64,000 nt of DNA from Monocercomonoides exilis PA203 (lineage: Eukaryota > Protista > Preaxostyla). Below the pieces are notes generated by a model, which saw only the letters and a list, made by a program, of their open reading frames with translations, did not search any database and had not been told where the DNA came from. A program made the translations under genes and the position numbers. Location: positions 108,347-172,346 of the forward strand of contig LSRY02000071.1 of NCBI GenBank assembly GCA_001643675.2. The letters run 5' to 3'. Of this stretch, positions 1-12,715 are shown in pieces. Positions within the stretch are counted from its first letter, which is position 1. Every line of letters begins with the position of its first letter.

Positions 1-708
1 GAATTTATTTTATTTGAAAAAAAAGGATAAAACGGTATTTGTATTGAATTATCAGTTTCCGATATTTAATAATTAGATCGAAAGATAAAGATAATTTGTG
101 ATTCATTATCGGCAAAGGAGATTACGGAAAATGGATACTTTATCAACTTAATTCGATAATTTTGATAACTCTTTTGAATAAAAACTTTCCATTTCTTTGC
201 GTTTTGGCATCTAAGAAAAATAAACAAAGAAATAGCATCAAAATCAATCACTCAGCCAATGAAAACAATATCTAATCATTGTCAAAATCTTTTCTAATCT
301 CATTCATTTTTGGATACATTTTTTGTGACTATAAACGATTGTGATTATTAGCAAGGGTCAAAGAGAGTGCATCTACAGCCAAGCCTGTTACAGATGCGAT
401 TGTGAATATTATATATTTTTTTGATTTTAAACCAAAAAGCCATAACAATTTCATATTTCCATTCCTGATTTTTTTGAAACACTCAAATACATGCATTGTT
501 TCATCATTGTTAAAGTTTGTTTTTTTTCCTTTTCTTTTTCTTTTTAGCTTGATTGAATACTTTTAAAATATTACATAAGCAAATTATTTCGATTTTTTCA
601 ATCAAAATACTATTCTATTTCACTTTTTCTAATACAAAAGACAAAATCTCGCAACAGGCAAAAAATCTTGTACCAACAATGAAAAGTGCTCAAACAATAA
701 ACATAATC

Positions 709-2451
709 TCAATGATGTTCACATTGTGAGTCCGATATTTCCAAAGATGATGAATTCTCTCCTGTTCCAATGACTGAAATCTTCTTTTCCCCAATATCAA
801 TTGTTGTTGCCTCGCTTTGATGATTCCCGTCCATCAGCGTGACTGACAGGCTCACTTGAATCACGCTCCGAATGACTGCAACACCAATTGTTCGGCATGC
901 ACTTGACTCATCCAGTCCACACAGATCTTCTTCACCGCCACCACTCACAGCCACAAACCGATTGAGAATCCCTCTCTTCAGCCAATCCCACTTTTCTGTG
1001 TGCTGAAATGTCCAACCCGTTGAACTCGAATAATCATGTCCATAGCACACCCTCTGGTCATCTGTATTTGTTGTATAGCATTCATAGAAAGGATTGTCTG
1101 AATTCAAAAAGACTTTGTAATAATCTAAGTATATCATATCGTGACCATATGAAACATTGGCCAAGCATTTGCATTCATGGAAGAAGAGGAAATAGCAATA
1201 AATTGTTTCATTTGGCGCTGTTTGTTTTGCTGGCTCCAAATGAAATCCGCCTCCCCTTGTCATTGCAGAACATGAAATGAACTGAATGCTCCTCATTTTG
1301 AATTGATTAGGAACTCCATAACAGTACATGCCTCCTCCCCAACTGTTCGTAAGTGAACATGAAGTGAAGCTGCAGTCAAATACACACGCACTTTCCCCTC
1401 CTCCATTTTCTGTTCCAATGCATCCTGATCCTGAAACATCAAAAGTATGAAGCAAAAGTCCTCCTCCACATTCTCTTCCATTGCAATTCTGGAATTCACA
1501 TCCGCTGATCCGAACACACAATTTAATAGTATGAATGAACATCCCACCACCACGATAACTTTGTGCAGTACAAGAATCAAAGGTGTTGTTCACAATCTCA
1601 ACAGATTTGATATTGTAACAATAAATACCGCCTCCTGCATAATAAGCATAGCAGTTGTTGAAAGAGCAATGAGAAACAGACACAGAGGCGTTTGATTGAC
1701 CATACATGCAGATAGCCCCACCACTCGATTCTCCATCCGTCCATGAATCGCTTTCTCCTGTTGTCTTCGACCCATCCCATTCGCACCAAGTGAATGAATT
1801 AGCTCCATTGAATGTTTCATTCTGTCTGTCTGGAGTCAGCTTATGATCTGCATTTCCTTCGCAAACAACATTCCTTGTCCGACAACACTCAACAAACGAG
1901 GTGTTCGAGACAGCTAGAGATGCAAAGGGGTTGTTCAGAGAAGGAACAATCCCGCCATCATACGCATCGCAGACTGATGAGAATGAGCAGCTGTTCATCA
2001 AACACGAGGTTTGGGTTGATATTGTGGTTGAAGGTGAGCATGCATCATTTGCTGTTGAGATGTTGAAAAAAGTGAGTTTGGAGAGGGATATTAGAGGAAT
2101 TGAAGGGGATGAGAGGAATGGGGCTGATGAGACACAAAAAGAAGAGAATCGTGATTCGCTCACCGAAATACTCCCTTCGATGCCTTCTCCATATCCATCT
2201 CCTTCTCTTCCTCTTCCTCTTCCTCTTTCTCCTCCTTCACTCGCTTTTTCTTTGCCTTCACCTCCACCCTTCTCCCCTCCATATCCCTTCCCTCCAAACA
2301 GCCTGCCCAAGTATATCTCTCCCTCTCTTCTCCACCCTTTCAATGTAATGTTTGTCAACGCCCCAATGCTCCCACTCACATCAAATGCCCCTCCCTCAAC
2401 ATCCTTCTCCATCCCCATAACAAACTTTTCATCCCCTTCCATTTTTCTCAC
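709..2451 (-). CDS. Cassette C1: Cys-rich beta-helix (pectin-lyase-like/Pmp-like) repeat protein fragment with Gly/Glu-rich leader, 3' module type A, truncated after ISVIGTG
   Basis: 580-aa ORF with repeated GGAI/GGG + FxxC motifs and family anchors (FFNISTANDACS, ENGGGESACVFDC, FKMRSIQFISCSA, YCYFLFFHEC, WLKRGILNRFVAVSGG). Homology stops at ~760; start codon is non-ATG. Confidence 0.8.
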   Translation of the reverse strand: MRKMEGDEKFVMGMEKDVEGGAFDVSGSIGALTNITLKGWRREGEIYLGRLFGGKGYGGEKGGGEGKEKASEGGERGRGRGREGDGYGEGIEGSISVSESRFSSFCVSSAPFLSSPSIPLISLSKLTFFNISTANDACSPSTTISTQTSCLMNSCSFSSVCDAYDGGIVPSLNNPFASLAVSNTSFVECCRTRNVVCEGNADHKLTPDRQNETFNGANSFTWCEWDGSKTTGESDSWTDGESSGGAICMYGQSNASVSVSHCSFNNCYAYYAGGGIYCYNIKSVEIVNNTFDSCTAQSYRGGGMFIHTIKLCVRISGCEFQNCNGRECGGGLLLHTFDVSGSGCIGTENGGGESACVFDCSFTSCSLTNSWGGGMYCYGVPNQFKMRSIQFISCSAMTRGGGFHLEPAKQTAPNETIYCYFLFFHECKCLANVSYGHDMIYLDYYKVFLNSDNPFYECYTTNTDDQRVCYGHDYSSSTGWTFQHTEKWDWLKRGILNRFVAVSGGGEEDLCGLDESSACRTIGVAVIRSVIQVSLSVTLMDGNHQSEATTIDIGEKKISVIGTGENSSSLEISDSQCEHH

Positions 2452-3280
2452 TCTTCTTCAAATATTTCAATAAAAATCATATAATCTATCTTCTCTTTCC
2501 GTTCCTCTTATTTCCCTCCTTTCATTCCTTTTCAATCTGTTTTCTTATAAATACCTTCTTCTTCTCAATTATTTCTCAAATTTCTCCTTCTGCCATTTCT
2601 TCAATTTCTCTTCTCTCTATCTTTTATCGTTTTCCTTCCCCCTTTTCAAAATACCTTTTCCATTTCGCAAATCCAACCTTTTCCATCCATTTCATATCTT
2701 TCCCTTTGCTCACTCATCTATGCCCATTCCGTTTCCCGCCTTCTGCCATCTTCCCGGGATTGCCTCAAAATCCATCTTTTCTCATATCTTGCGCTTTTAT
2801 CCAACGAAGATATTCTTCCAAAAAGATCCTAATTTCAATATATATATATATATTAGAAAATTTTGATAAAATGTTATTTCTTTTGTTTAAAAAAAATATG
2901 TATTCATGCCTTTAACAATCTCCATTCTTCATTGCTTCTGTTCTTCTTCTTTCTCCTTCTTCAGATTATTTCCTTTCTGTAAACGCACACATTTCCCAAA
3001 ACTCCGCCTTCTGTCACACAATTAACAGCTTTGTATCTCTTCTGCTCCTCCAAAAAAAAAAAAAACATTCCATTTCCATTCTCCTGTTCTGCTTCCATTC
3101 GAATTGCTCCTTCAACTTGTGCTTTCAAAAATAGGCGAGGACGACTCAGAAGAGGAAGAAGAAGGAGATGATGATGGCTAAGAAGGGCAAATCGAAGGAA
3201 AAAATGAAATTAATAAATTAAGGGGAGTGGATAATGGCGAAGATGGCGAAGAAGAATGATAGAAGAGAAAGAAGAGGAAT

Positions 3281-3282
3281 AA

Positions 3283-3358
<76 letters not shown>

Positions 3359-3366
3359 AAGAAGGC
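3281..3366 (+). repeat. 9-bp tandem repeat (AAGGCGAAG) x ~9.5 in a purine-rich low-complexity tract
   Basis: Directly visible; it produces the spurious AFFAFF ORF on the minus strand. Confidence 0.9.
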
Positions 3367-3599
3367 TTGGAGGAAAATGAAGAAGAATATTAGGAAGAAG
3401 AAGAGGAAGATAAATATGATTATGACCAAGAAGAGAAAAATTATATAAAATTTTAATTGTTGAGGAGATGCATTTGAAAATAATGACGAAGAAGAATTCG
3501 ATGAAGGAAATGAAGACGATGAAGAGAATGAAGATGAAGAAGAGATAAAAAAGTTGAAGATGAAGGTGTAGAAGAGGCTTTTAAGATCTTTTATTTCGG

Positions 3600-4140
3600 A
3601 TATTTTCTGTCGAAGATAGCTTCAAAAAAAAACCTCGTTCTCTGATTCAATGGATAACCCTTCGATGACATAAGGCTGAAGACAAAGGTTAAATGATTCA
3701 AAGTCCATTTTGCCTATCATTTTCCTCAGCTGCCTGTATAACGCCAAACTTTCTGTTTTTCTCGTATTTTCGCCTCTCAAGCCAAGCAATGAAAAGCAGT
3801 TCCATCGCTCCCCCGGTCCATAAAAGCAATGTCTTGCCATTCACATCCCAAGAAAGTCGCCTTGTTCTGCTGCAGCTGCCTCCAAAGTTGTGTTTCAGTC
3901 ATCTGCTCCAATCTCTTCAACAAATTCTTCAATATTTCCTCTTCTTCTTCAAATAGGTTCCCTTTTCATTGAATTTGGCTGTTCTTCCTTTTTGCCTTGG
4001 ATATCTTCCAACCCCGTTCATTTCTGCTCCATCAATATTCATTTTTCATCGTATTTCCATATGCCACATGTTGAGTCCAAAATGAGTAACATAAACATTT
4101 ATGATAAAATATATTCAGGCTTTAATATATTTGTAAGATA
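3600..4140. repeat. Decayed coding-like dispersed repeat 'X' (copy 1 of 5)
   Basis: Homologous by eye to ~18770-19330, ~32760-33370, ~42240-44320 (split by Merlin) and ~58030-58590. Shared words include TTTCTGCTCCATCAA, GTCCATTTTGCC and CCTCGTTCTCTG. Stops interrupt the frames I translated. Confidence 0.6.
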
Positions 4141-6330
4141 ATATTTGGCTCACTTCCTCGCTGTTCTGCTCTGCAAAGAATAGATTGTCCATTTTAAATA
4201 AATCGTCTGAATCACGACTTTGGAGAGGATACGGACGGAAATATCTTCACAACATATAGAACAATATAAAATGCATACATTGAAAATTCTTCATTTCCAT
4301 CGAAAATATTGTTGCTCCACAGCATTCCATCAATCAAAATGAACAATTTCATCTTCCATCAAACAAATATTCTTTTGCAATACTCAACCCATTCGCTGGA
4401 AATATTTCACTTGGTCAATCTGCCTTTGTTTTAGCTTCGGAGTCTCACTCCGTTGGCAGTTTCTGAGCGTTTGACATTTCTTGATCATTTTCCATAACGA
4501 ATTAGAGCCACAAAAGAAAAAGAGCACAACTCGATGTGTCGTGGATGAACGGGCATATGAAGACAACGCGATTGTAAAAGAATGGATTTATGGTGTGGGG
4601 TGATGGAGTTGAGTTTTTTGAGGGAACAGGGTTTTGGAGGGGGAAGAAACGATAAAAAGATATTTTTGGAGGGAGAAAGAGGTGTTTTTGGGAGGTTTAA
4701 GAGGCATAATGGATGTTTGGGAGATGGATTGGGATGAGGTTGTGTGGGGTTGTTTTTGAGATTTTTGTGAGTTGGAAGGCGTGGAGGTCGTGTTTATTGT
4801 TGGAGAAATGGAATTTGTTGTTGAGGAGGTGGGGCGAGGGGGAAGATAAGAAGAGCGGAAGATGGGTAGAGTGAATGGAATATTTATTGGAGGAGAGGAT
4901 GAGGGATGGATAGATATGTGGAGGAGGTGTTTTTTTTTTTCAAATGCAGAGAGAGAGGGGGTTCATATGGGGCAGGGCAAGAGGGAGAGTATTTGCGAAC
5001 TGATGTTTGATAAGAAAGAGAAGTGGGGTTGAAGAAAAAAAAGTGAAGAAAAATTTTCTTCATATTTTTATATAATTTATTTTGTGAACCGTTTGGCCGC
5101 GCCTCTCATTTGCAGGACAAGTGTTGGAGGCGGATGCGGAGGAAGACGGGAAGAAGGAACATCAGCGCTGGCACTTTGCATTGGAGGTGTGGAGACAGAG
5201 GAAGATGAGGAGCTGACTATGGGAGGTGTTTTGCAATGGAAAGAGACAGAAAAAGGATGGAGGTATTTATTTTTTGATTAGAGAAGGATGATGGGAAAAG
5301 GTGTTACAAGGAGTGAAAAAGAAAGGAATTTTGCAATTGTTTATGGAAGAGATGGAGGATATGTGGTGGAGGGGCGTTGTTGTTGTTTTGGAGGAAACGG
5401 AGAGAAGAAGAAGGCGATACAGCGGAAAGGGATGGGAAGGGGTTATTCAGATAGAATGCTCATGTCTTTTCATTTTTTTATAGAATGGAGTTTGTGGAGG
5501 TTATTTGAGAGAAGCAGAACAAGAAGTTGGACTTTGACTAATATTTTTTGAGGAATTGGAGGTGAAGCGAAGACGAGACAGATGGAATCTATAGGCAGAA
5601 AGGAACGATATTTGGAGGAGGAGAAGAAAGTTTGAGAAGAATGATCATTATAAGGGTGCGTATTTATATTTTTTTAATTTTAATTTTTTATATATTTTTT
5701 ATTTATGAAATTAGGTTTTTTCACAGGACTGCTCAATGGCAATGAATGAACAAGGAATATGTCAAGAGGGGATATTGGATGCATTAAAAGAAATCAGGAC
5801 ATAATAATTGGAGGGGAGTAATGAGAAATGAGCCGGATGAAATATCAAGGAAACGAGAAGAAGATATTTTTATTTGAAGGTTTTGGAAGGCATTTACGAT
5901 GAAACTTGTTTAAAGCGAAAAATGAGATCAAGGAATTGATGATATGGCAGAAGAAGAAATTTGAGAAAAAGTCGAGAAGAAGAAGTGGAAGATGGTGAAA
6001 AGAAAATGGTACGGGGCTTTTCATATTAATTAATTGAAATTTTTATTACAATTTTATATTTTTGTATTTTTTATAAATTTTGTTTTATTAAATATATATT
6101 TTTTTAATGATAGCAGGGGTTTTTTGCGTGAATATTCAAAATGAATGGATGCGAATGGAACAAGGTTAGGAGCAAAAGATGGAAACAAAAGGAAAAGGAA
6201 TACCGGGAAAGCAGACGATGAAGAAGGGGCGGAAGAGATTGGAAAAAGGAATCTGAGCTTATTTAGATATTTTGCTTCGTGGCGCCAAGAGGCATGAGGA
6301 AGAGAAGGAGGCAAAAAATGAAGAATTTCA

Positions 6331-8003
6331 GTGAATGAATCGCATTTCTCATCTTCAACGGCATTTCTCTCGTCACGTTCCATTCCTCTTGTATCCCTTT
6401 CCAAGCTCACTTTTTCAATATTTCAACAGCAACATCGGAATGTTCATCTCAAACAACTACGTCAACCAAAACCTCATGTTTTATGAGCAGCTGCTCATTC
6501 TCATCAGTCTGCGATGTGTATGATGGCGGAATTGTTCGCTCCCTCAACAATCCCTTGGCCCCTCTGACTGCCTCAAACACTTCATTTATTGGGTGTTGTC
6601 GGACAAAAAACGTTGTATGTGAAGGAAATGCAGATAATAAGAAACAGCCAGAGAGACAAAGCATTACAGAAAATATAGCGAATACATTCACTTGGTGCGA
6701 GTGGAATGGATCAAAGGCTACAGGAAATGTTCAAGACGGTTCTGATAGCGGTTCGAATGGCGGTGCGATTTATATGCATAATCTTAAGTCTGGAGAAATG
6801 TTCGTTACGCATTGTGCATTCAATGACTGTTACGCAAGTTGGGATGGAGGAGCCATCATGGCACATACAATCAAATCGGTGGACATCAGAAACAACTTTT
6901 ATAATTCTTGTATTGCTCAAAATCAATTTGGCGGAGGAATGTGCGTTCATGCGATTTCAACATGTGTTCGGATCAGCGGATGCGAATTCCAGACTTGCAA
7001 AGCAAGCAGTGGCGGGGGAGGACTTTATCTTAATGATTTTCAGGTTTCAGGAGCAGGATGCATCCCAACAGAAAATGGAGAAGGGGAGAGTGCGTGTGTG
7101 TTTGACTGCTGTTTCACTTCATGCTCAGTCACAAATTCATATGGCGGAGGCATGTATTGTCGAAGTGTGCCCGCAACAGAATTCAAAATGAGAAATATCA
7201 AATTCATATCGTGCACAGCGTTTTCGCATGGCGGGGGATTGGATTTGTTTCCAGACAAGACTTCAGCGCCTGTCAATGATTATTATTGTTTCTTCCTTTT
7301 CTTTCACGGATGTAGATGTTCAAGAGATCAGCCTCATGGCCATGATGTATATTATGAAGATCGATATAGCCTGTATTTATCCTCGAATAGTCCGTTCTAT
7401 GAATGTTACACAACAAATACAGATGATCAGAGAGTATGCTACGGATATGATTATACGGATTCTAAGGGTTGGACATATCAGCACAAGGAAAAGAAGGATT
7501 GGCTGAAGGATAAGACGATTTATGTTTCTGTGAGTGGGAATGATACATCTCCATTTTGCGGGGCAAATGGATCAAATCCGTGTCTGACAGTGAAGAAGGC
7601 GTTTGAGATGTGTGAAATACAGATAAGCTTGTCAGTCACGCTGATGGAAGGGGATCACACAAGCGAAGCAACAACGATTGATATTGGAGAAAAGAAGATT
7701 TCAGTTATTGGAATGGGCAAAGAGAAGAGCGTGATTGGAACAGGAGCTGTTTTGCTTTTATTCTCTGCTCTGCAGTATTTTTATTCTCTTCCTTTTATTT
7801 TTTCATCTCCTTCAGACACATTTTCACCTTCTTCTTCTTCTTCATTAATATCTTCAATTTCTGTTTTAGTATCTTCAATTATATTGTCTCCATCGTCTAT
7901 TTTTAATATTTTGGCTGTTGGAATTATTCGGCTGGAAGCCATGATGAGGAAAGGAAATGAACAAAATTTGGAAGCAGAAGAGGATCGATTTCATTGGTCG
8001 TGA
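6331..8003 (+). pseudogene. Cassette C2 (mirror of C5), module B; 1-bp poly-T frameshift at 6411-6415, possibly a consensus error
   Basis: Core identical to C5. In-frame TGA at 6319-6321 just upstream. Family homology ends at IGTGA (~7748). Confidence 0.8.
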
Positions 8004-8519
8004 GATGGAAAGCGGAGATGGAGAAGAAGGGTTTTGAGATTGAAATTGGAGGGATGAGGGAATACTGGTTGGAGGAGGAGAAGAAACAACGAGGAAGAAA
8101 AAGTGTGTGAAGAAAACTCAAAATAAAAAGGTTAGCTGTATAATTTGTTTTATTTTTCTTGTACAATATTAATTCTTTGATGTTTCTGTTATATTTTTTT
8201 CATATTTTTCTTTGAACGATTTTAAATCATTTATTTTTTTATAATTATTTTATTTCAATAAGAATTTTTTGCATGAATATTCAAAAGCGAAGAATGCGAA
8301 TGGAATATAGAAAGAAGGCAGCAGATTATAGTAGCCGAAAAAGAGAATTTGTTGAAGATAGATAATGAAGAATGTTTGAATGTAGTTTCCATTCAGAAGC
8401 ATTGAAGAAAAAAGATGATTTTCTGCTTTTAATAGGAACCAATCGTCTCCAGCAGAAGAGGCGGGGAAAGAATCTGACTTTAGAAAATTATTTGCGGAAG
8501 GCGCCAAGAGGCAAAAAAG

Positions 8520-10186
8520 GTGTATGGTCAAAAAATCAAAAGAGAAGGAAGCGTTTCAATAAGAAAATCTCTCATCTCATCTTCTTCCTCATTCCTCTCA
8601 TCGCCTTCCATCCCTTTTGTATCCCTCTCTCATTTGATATTTTTCAACATCTCAACAGCAAATGAGGCATGCTCACCTTCAACCACTGCGTCAGCCCAAA
8701 CCTCATGTTTTCTGAACAGTTGCTCTTTTTCATCAGTTTGTGATACATATGATGGCGGAATTGTCCCCTCTCTGAACAACCCCTTAGCCTCTTTGACAGC
8801 CTCAAACACCTCATTCATTGGGTGTTGTCGGACAAGAAATGTTGTATGCGAAGGAACTGCAGAGGTACCATTGAAACCAGACAGACAGAATGAAACATTC
8901 AATGGAGCGAATACATTTGTTTGGTGCGAATGGAGTAGATCGAGGACAACAGGAACAAGCGATTCTGTTTCAGATGGAATATCGAGTGGTGGGGCTATCT
9001 GCATGTACAGCCAGACGTCAGCATCGGTGTCCGTTTCCCACTGCACTTTCAACAACTGCTATGCGTATTATGATGGAGGAGCAATCATGTGCTATAACAT
9101 CAAATCTGTTGGGGTAGTTAACAATACATTCAACTCATGCTCCACGCAAGCCTGGGCCGGAGGTGGAATGTACGCTTATGTAATTTCTTCATGTATTTGT
9201 ATCGGTGAGTGTGACTTCCAGAATTGTAGAGCAAATTATTACGGAGGAGGATTATGCCTTGATAATTTTCAGGTTACAGAAACAGGATGCATTCCAACAG
9301 AAAATGGAGGAGGGGAAAGTGCGTGTGTATTTGACTGCAGCTTCACTTCATGCTCATTGACAAACAATGGGGGTGGAGGCATGTATTGTGTAAATATCCC
9401 TTCAACTCAGTTCAAAATGAGGAGCATTCAGTTTATTTCATGTTCAGCAATGGGATATGGAGGAGGTTTGGAATTATATCCAAATCGAGCAGCAGCACCA
9501 AATGATAAAAATTATTGTTATTTTTGTTCTTCCATGAATGCAAGTGCAGAACAACTTCTACTCCGTATGGGCATGATGTTGAATATGTTGATACTTACAA
9601 TGTCTATTTGAACTCAGGAAATCCGTTCTTTGAATGCTATACAACGAACGCAGATGAGAAGAGAATGTGCTATGCATACAACTACTCGAATGCAGGTGCT
9701 TGGACATTTGATCAAACATCAAAAAAGGATTGGCTGAAGGATAAGACGATTTATGTTTCTGTGAGTGGGAATGATACATCTCCATTTTGCGGGGCAAATG
9801 GATCAAATCCGTGTCTGACAGTGAAGAAGGCGTTTGAGATGTGTGAAATACAGATAAGCTTGTCAGTCACGCTGATGGAAGGGGATCACACAAGCGAAGC
9901 AACAACGATTGATATTGGGGCAAAGAAGATTTCAGTCATTGGGAAGGGAAGGGAAGCAAGTTCGATTGGAACAGGAACACTTTCAGCAGCAGAAGCGCTG
10001 TTCAGTATGACGAGTGGCCATTTGGGAATGAGCCATTTGAAGGTTGATTGCAACTCAACAGCAGATTTTTCTTCACCAAGCGTGGTAGTGGCATCTGATG
10101 GAGCAGGCAGAACACTTTCCCTGAAAGAATGTTTCAGGAAGAGAGTTATTTGTATGCAGAAAACGATAGCCGAAGGATGCAAATAG
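8520..10186 (+). pseudogene. Cassette C3 (mirror of C4), module B; split by a 1-bp poly-T difference at ~9521-9525
   Basis: ORFs 8520-9611 and 9515-10186 together equal the 555-aa C4 ORF; T5 here versus T6 in the mirror copy. Confidence 0.8.
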
Positions 10187-12715
10187 ACATGGCTTGCAAT
10201 GGCAGTGATATTTTCATCGTGCCCTGAATCAGTTCTTGTGTATGCAATTTTTCTTTCAAAAATTGTTCGAAGATATGATGCATCAGTTGATATGTGTTTC
10301 TTCTTCTTTTTTTCTTTTCTTTTGGAGGGAGGGGAATAAAAAATAAAATATTAAAAACAAAAAAAATCTAAGCTTATGGATGAATTATTTATTTTTAAAG
10401 AGGAACTGAAAAAAAAAAAAAAATAAAAACAGTTGTTGTTTGATCTTTCTCTGAACCATTTAACTCATCAATCCCTTTTTGTCAATGATAATATTTTTAT
10501 TTTTTGATTTTTGAAGAGGCTTGGAGATGTTCAAGGAGATTCAAATAAATATTATTATTATTTTCTGAATATTGTGTTTGTTTTGCGAAGCATTTTAAGA
10601 ACATTTTGTTTTGGAAGTTTGTTTTTGTTTACAGATGTGCGATTACTGGCTGAGAGTTTTTTCAGAGAAAGTTAGTTCTGATTTTTAAAAATACTTTTGA
10701 GGTTGATCCGTCACGGGCATTTATTTATTATCTATAACACACACACACACACAACACACTCAAACAAATAGAAATCAAAAAATACAGACATTTTATAAAA
10801 TGCTCATGTTTTGTGTTTTTTCTTTCCATGTTTTTTTTTTAACAAAAATCTTTAATTCTTCAATAAATTGTGTTTTTTTCTGTGTGACTTTGTTTTATAG
10901 AAGAATTAAAAAATTTTGGAGGAAAACAAGGAATTGTGACAATTTTTCATTTTTCAGATGAAAGAGAAGAGAAGAGAAGATGAAAGTGGTTTGTTTCTTT
11001 TATTTTTCCCGACAATGAAATGTTTGTTCGAGAGATATGTGAAAATAAGAAAATAAGGATTATCAATGGCATTGATCCGATTGAATTCATGATTTTATTC
11101 AATGGAGAATGAATCACTCAAATTTATTATTTTCTGTTGAATCCCGATAATATGGCAAAACAATGAAAATACTGATTTCAAAAAGAATCACCCATCCATT
11201 TCCTTGAGAAAACAGGAAAAAATATTGATATGGAACTCTTCCTTTGATAAGTTGTGATTCACCAAAATTATTCTTGAACAATCTTTTTGAAATTGATTGA
11301 ATGAGAATATAATTTCAAAAAACAGCCCTTTGTTCCAATTTGTTTCCAATAAGTGAACAATTCCGTTTTCATTTTCCAAAGAAATATCACAATAATAAAT
11401 GATCAACAAAGCCAATAAAATTCATATAAATTAACATGAATGTTTTTGCAAATAATATCACTTATCAAAAAAGAAAGATTGGTATTTTAATTCATTTTTA
11501 ATTGGAAATGTTCCTAAATCACTTTGGAAAATGAAAATGGAATTATTGACTTTTTGGAAACAAATTGGAACAAATGGTTGATTTTTGAAATTATATTCTC
11601 ATTCAATCAATTTCAAAAAGATTGTTCAAGAATAATTTTGGTGAATCACAACTTATCAAAGGAAGAGTTCCATATCAATATTTTTTCCTGTTTTCTCAAG
11701 GAAATGGATGGGTGATTCTTTTTGAAATCAGTATTTTCATTGTTTTGCCATATTATCGGGATTCAACAGAAAATAATAAATTTGAGTGATTCATTCTCCA
11801 TTGAATAAAATCATGAATTCAATCGGATCAATGCCATTGATAATCCTTATTTTCTTATTTTCACATATCTCTCGAACAAACATTTCATTGTCGGGAAAAA
11901 TAAAAGAAACAAACCACTTTCATCTTCTCTTCTCTTCTCTTTCATCTGAAAAATGAAAAATTGTCACAATTCCTTGTTTTCCTCCAAAATTTTTTAATTC
12001 TTCTATAAAACAAAGTCACACAGAAAAAAACACAATTTATTGAAGAATTAAAGATTTTTGTTAAAAAAAAAACATGGAAAGAAAAAACACAAAACATGAG
12101 CATTTTATAAAATGTCTGTATTTTTTGATTTCTATTTGTTTGAGTGTGTTGTGTGTGTGTGTGTGTTATAGATAATAAATAAATGCCCGTGACGGATCAA
12201 CCTCAAAAGTATTTTTAAAAATCAGAACTAACTTTCTCTGAAAAAACTCTCAGCCAGTAATCGCACATCTGTAAACAAAAACAAACTTCCAAAACAAAAT
12301 GTTCTTAAAATGCTTCGCAAAACAAACACAATATTCAGAAAATAATAATAATATTTATTTGAATCTCCTTGAACATCTCCAAGCCTCTTCAAAAATCAAA
12401 AAATAAAAATATTATCATTGACAAAAAGGGATTGATGAGTTAAATGGTTCAGAGAAAGATCAAACAACAACTGTTTTTATTTTTTTTTTTTTTTCAGTTC
12501 CTCTTTAAAAATAAATAATTCATCCATAAGCTTAGATTTTTTTTGTTTTTAATATTTTATTTTTATTCCCCTCCCTCCAAAAGAAAAGAAAAAAAGAAGA
12601 AGAAACACATATCAACTGATGCATCATATCTTCGAACAATTTTTGAAAGAAAAATTGCATACACAAGAACTGATTCAGGGCACGATGAAAATATCACTGC
12701 CATTGCAAGCCATGT

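Larger units (their letters stand above)
5025..11321 (+). repeat. Palindrome P1, left near-identical arm (~6.3 kb)
   Basis: Reverse complement of 11582-17880. Mirror ORF coordinates sum to 22903-22905 (e.g. 5084+17821, 11188+11715). The only differences seen are homopolymer lengths. Confidence 0.95.

Noticed and set aside
1008-2473. Numerous 60-200-aa ORFs overlapping cassettes on other frames or strands (recurring MQIAPP..., MEL/RIH...)
   Set aside because: They are shadow ORFs of the conserved cassette sequence with variable lengths and no independent motifs.
6411-9525. Homopolymer frameshifts in C2 and C3 (and the G/T-run losses in C14) as phase-variation switches
   Set aside because: They are short deletions in homopolymer runs, and the mirror copies of C2 and C3 are intact. 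Consensus sequencing error is the simpler explanation and cannot be excluded without reads.
10737-10760. (AC)n microsatellite and its mirror at ~12143-12166 as a functional or telomeric signal
   Set aside because: Short ordinary microsatellite; no telomere-like array seen.
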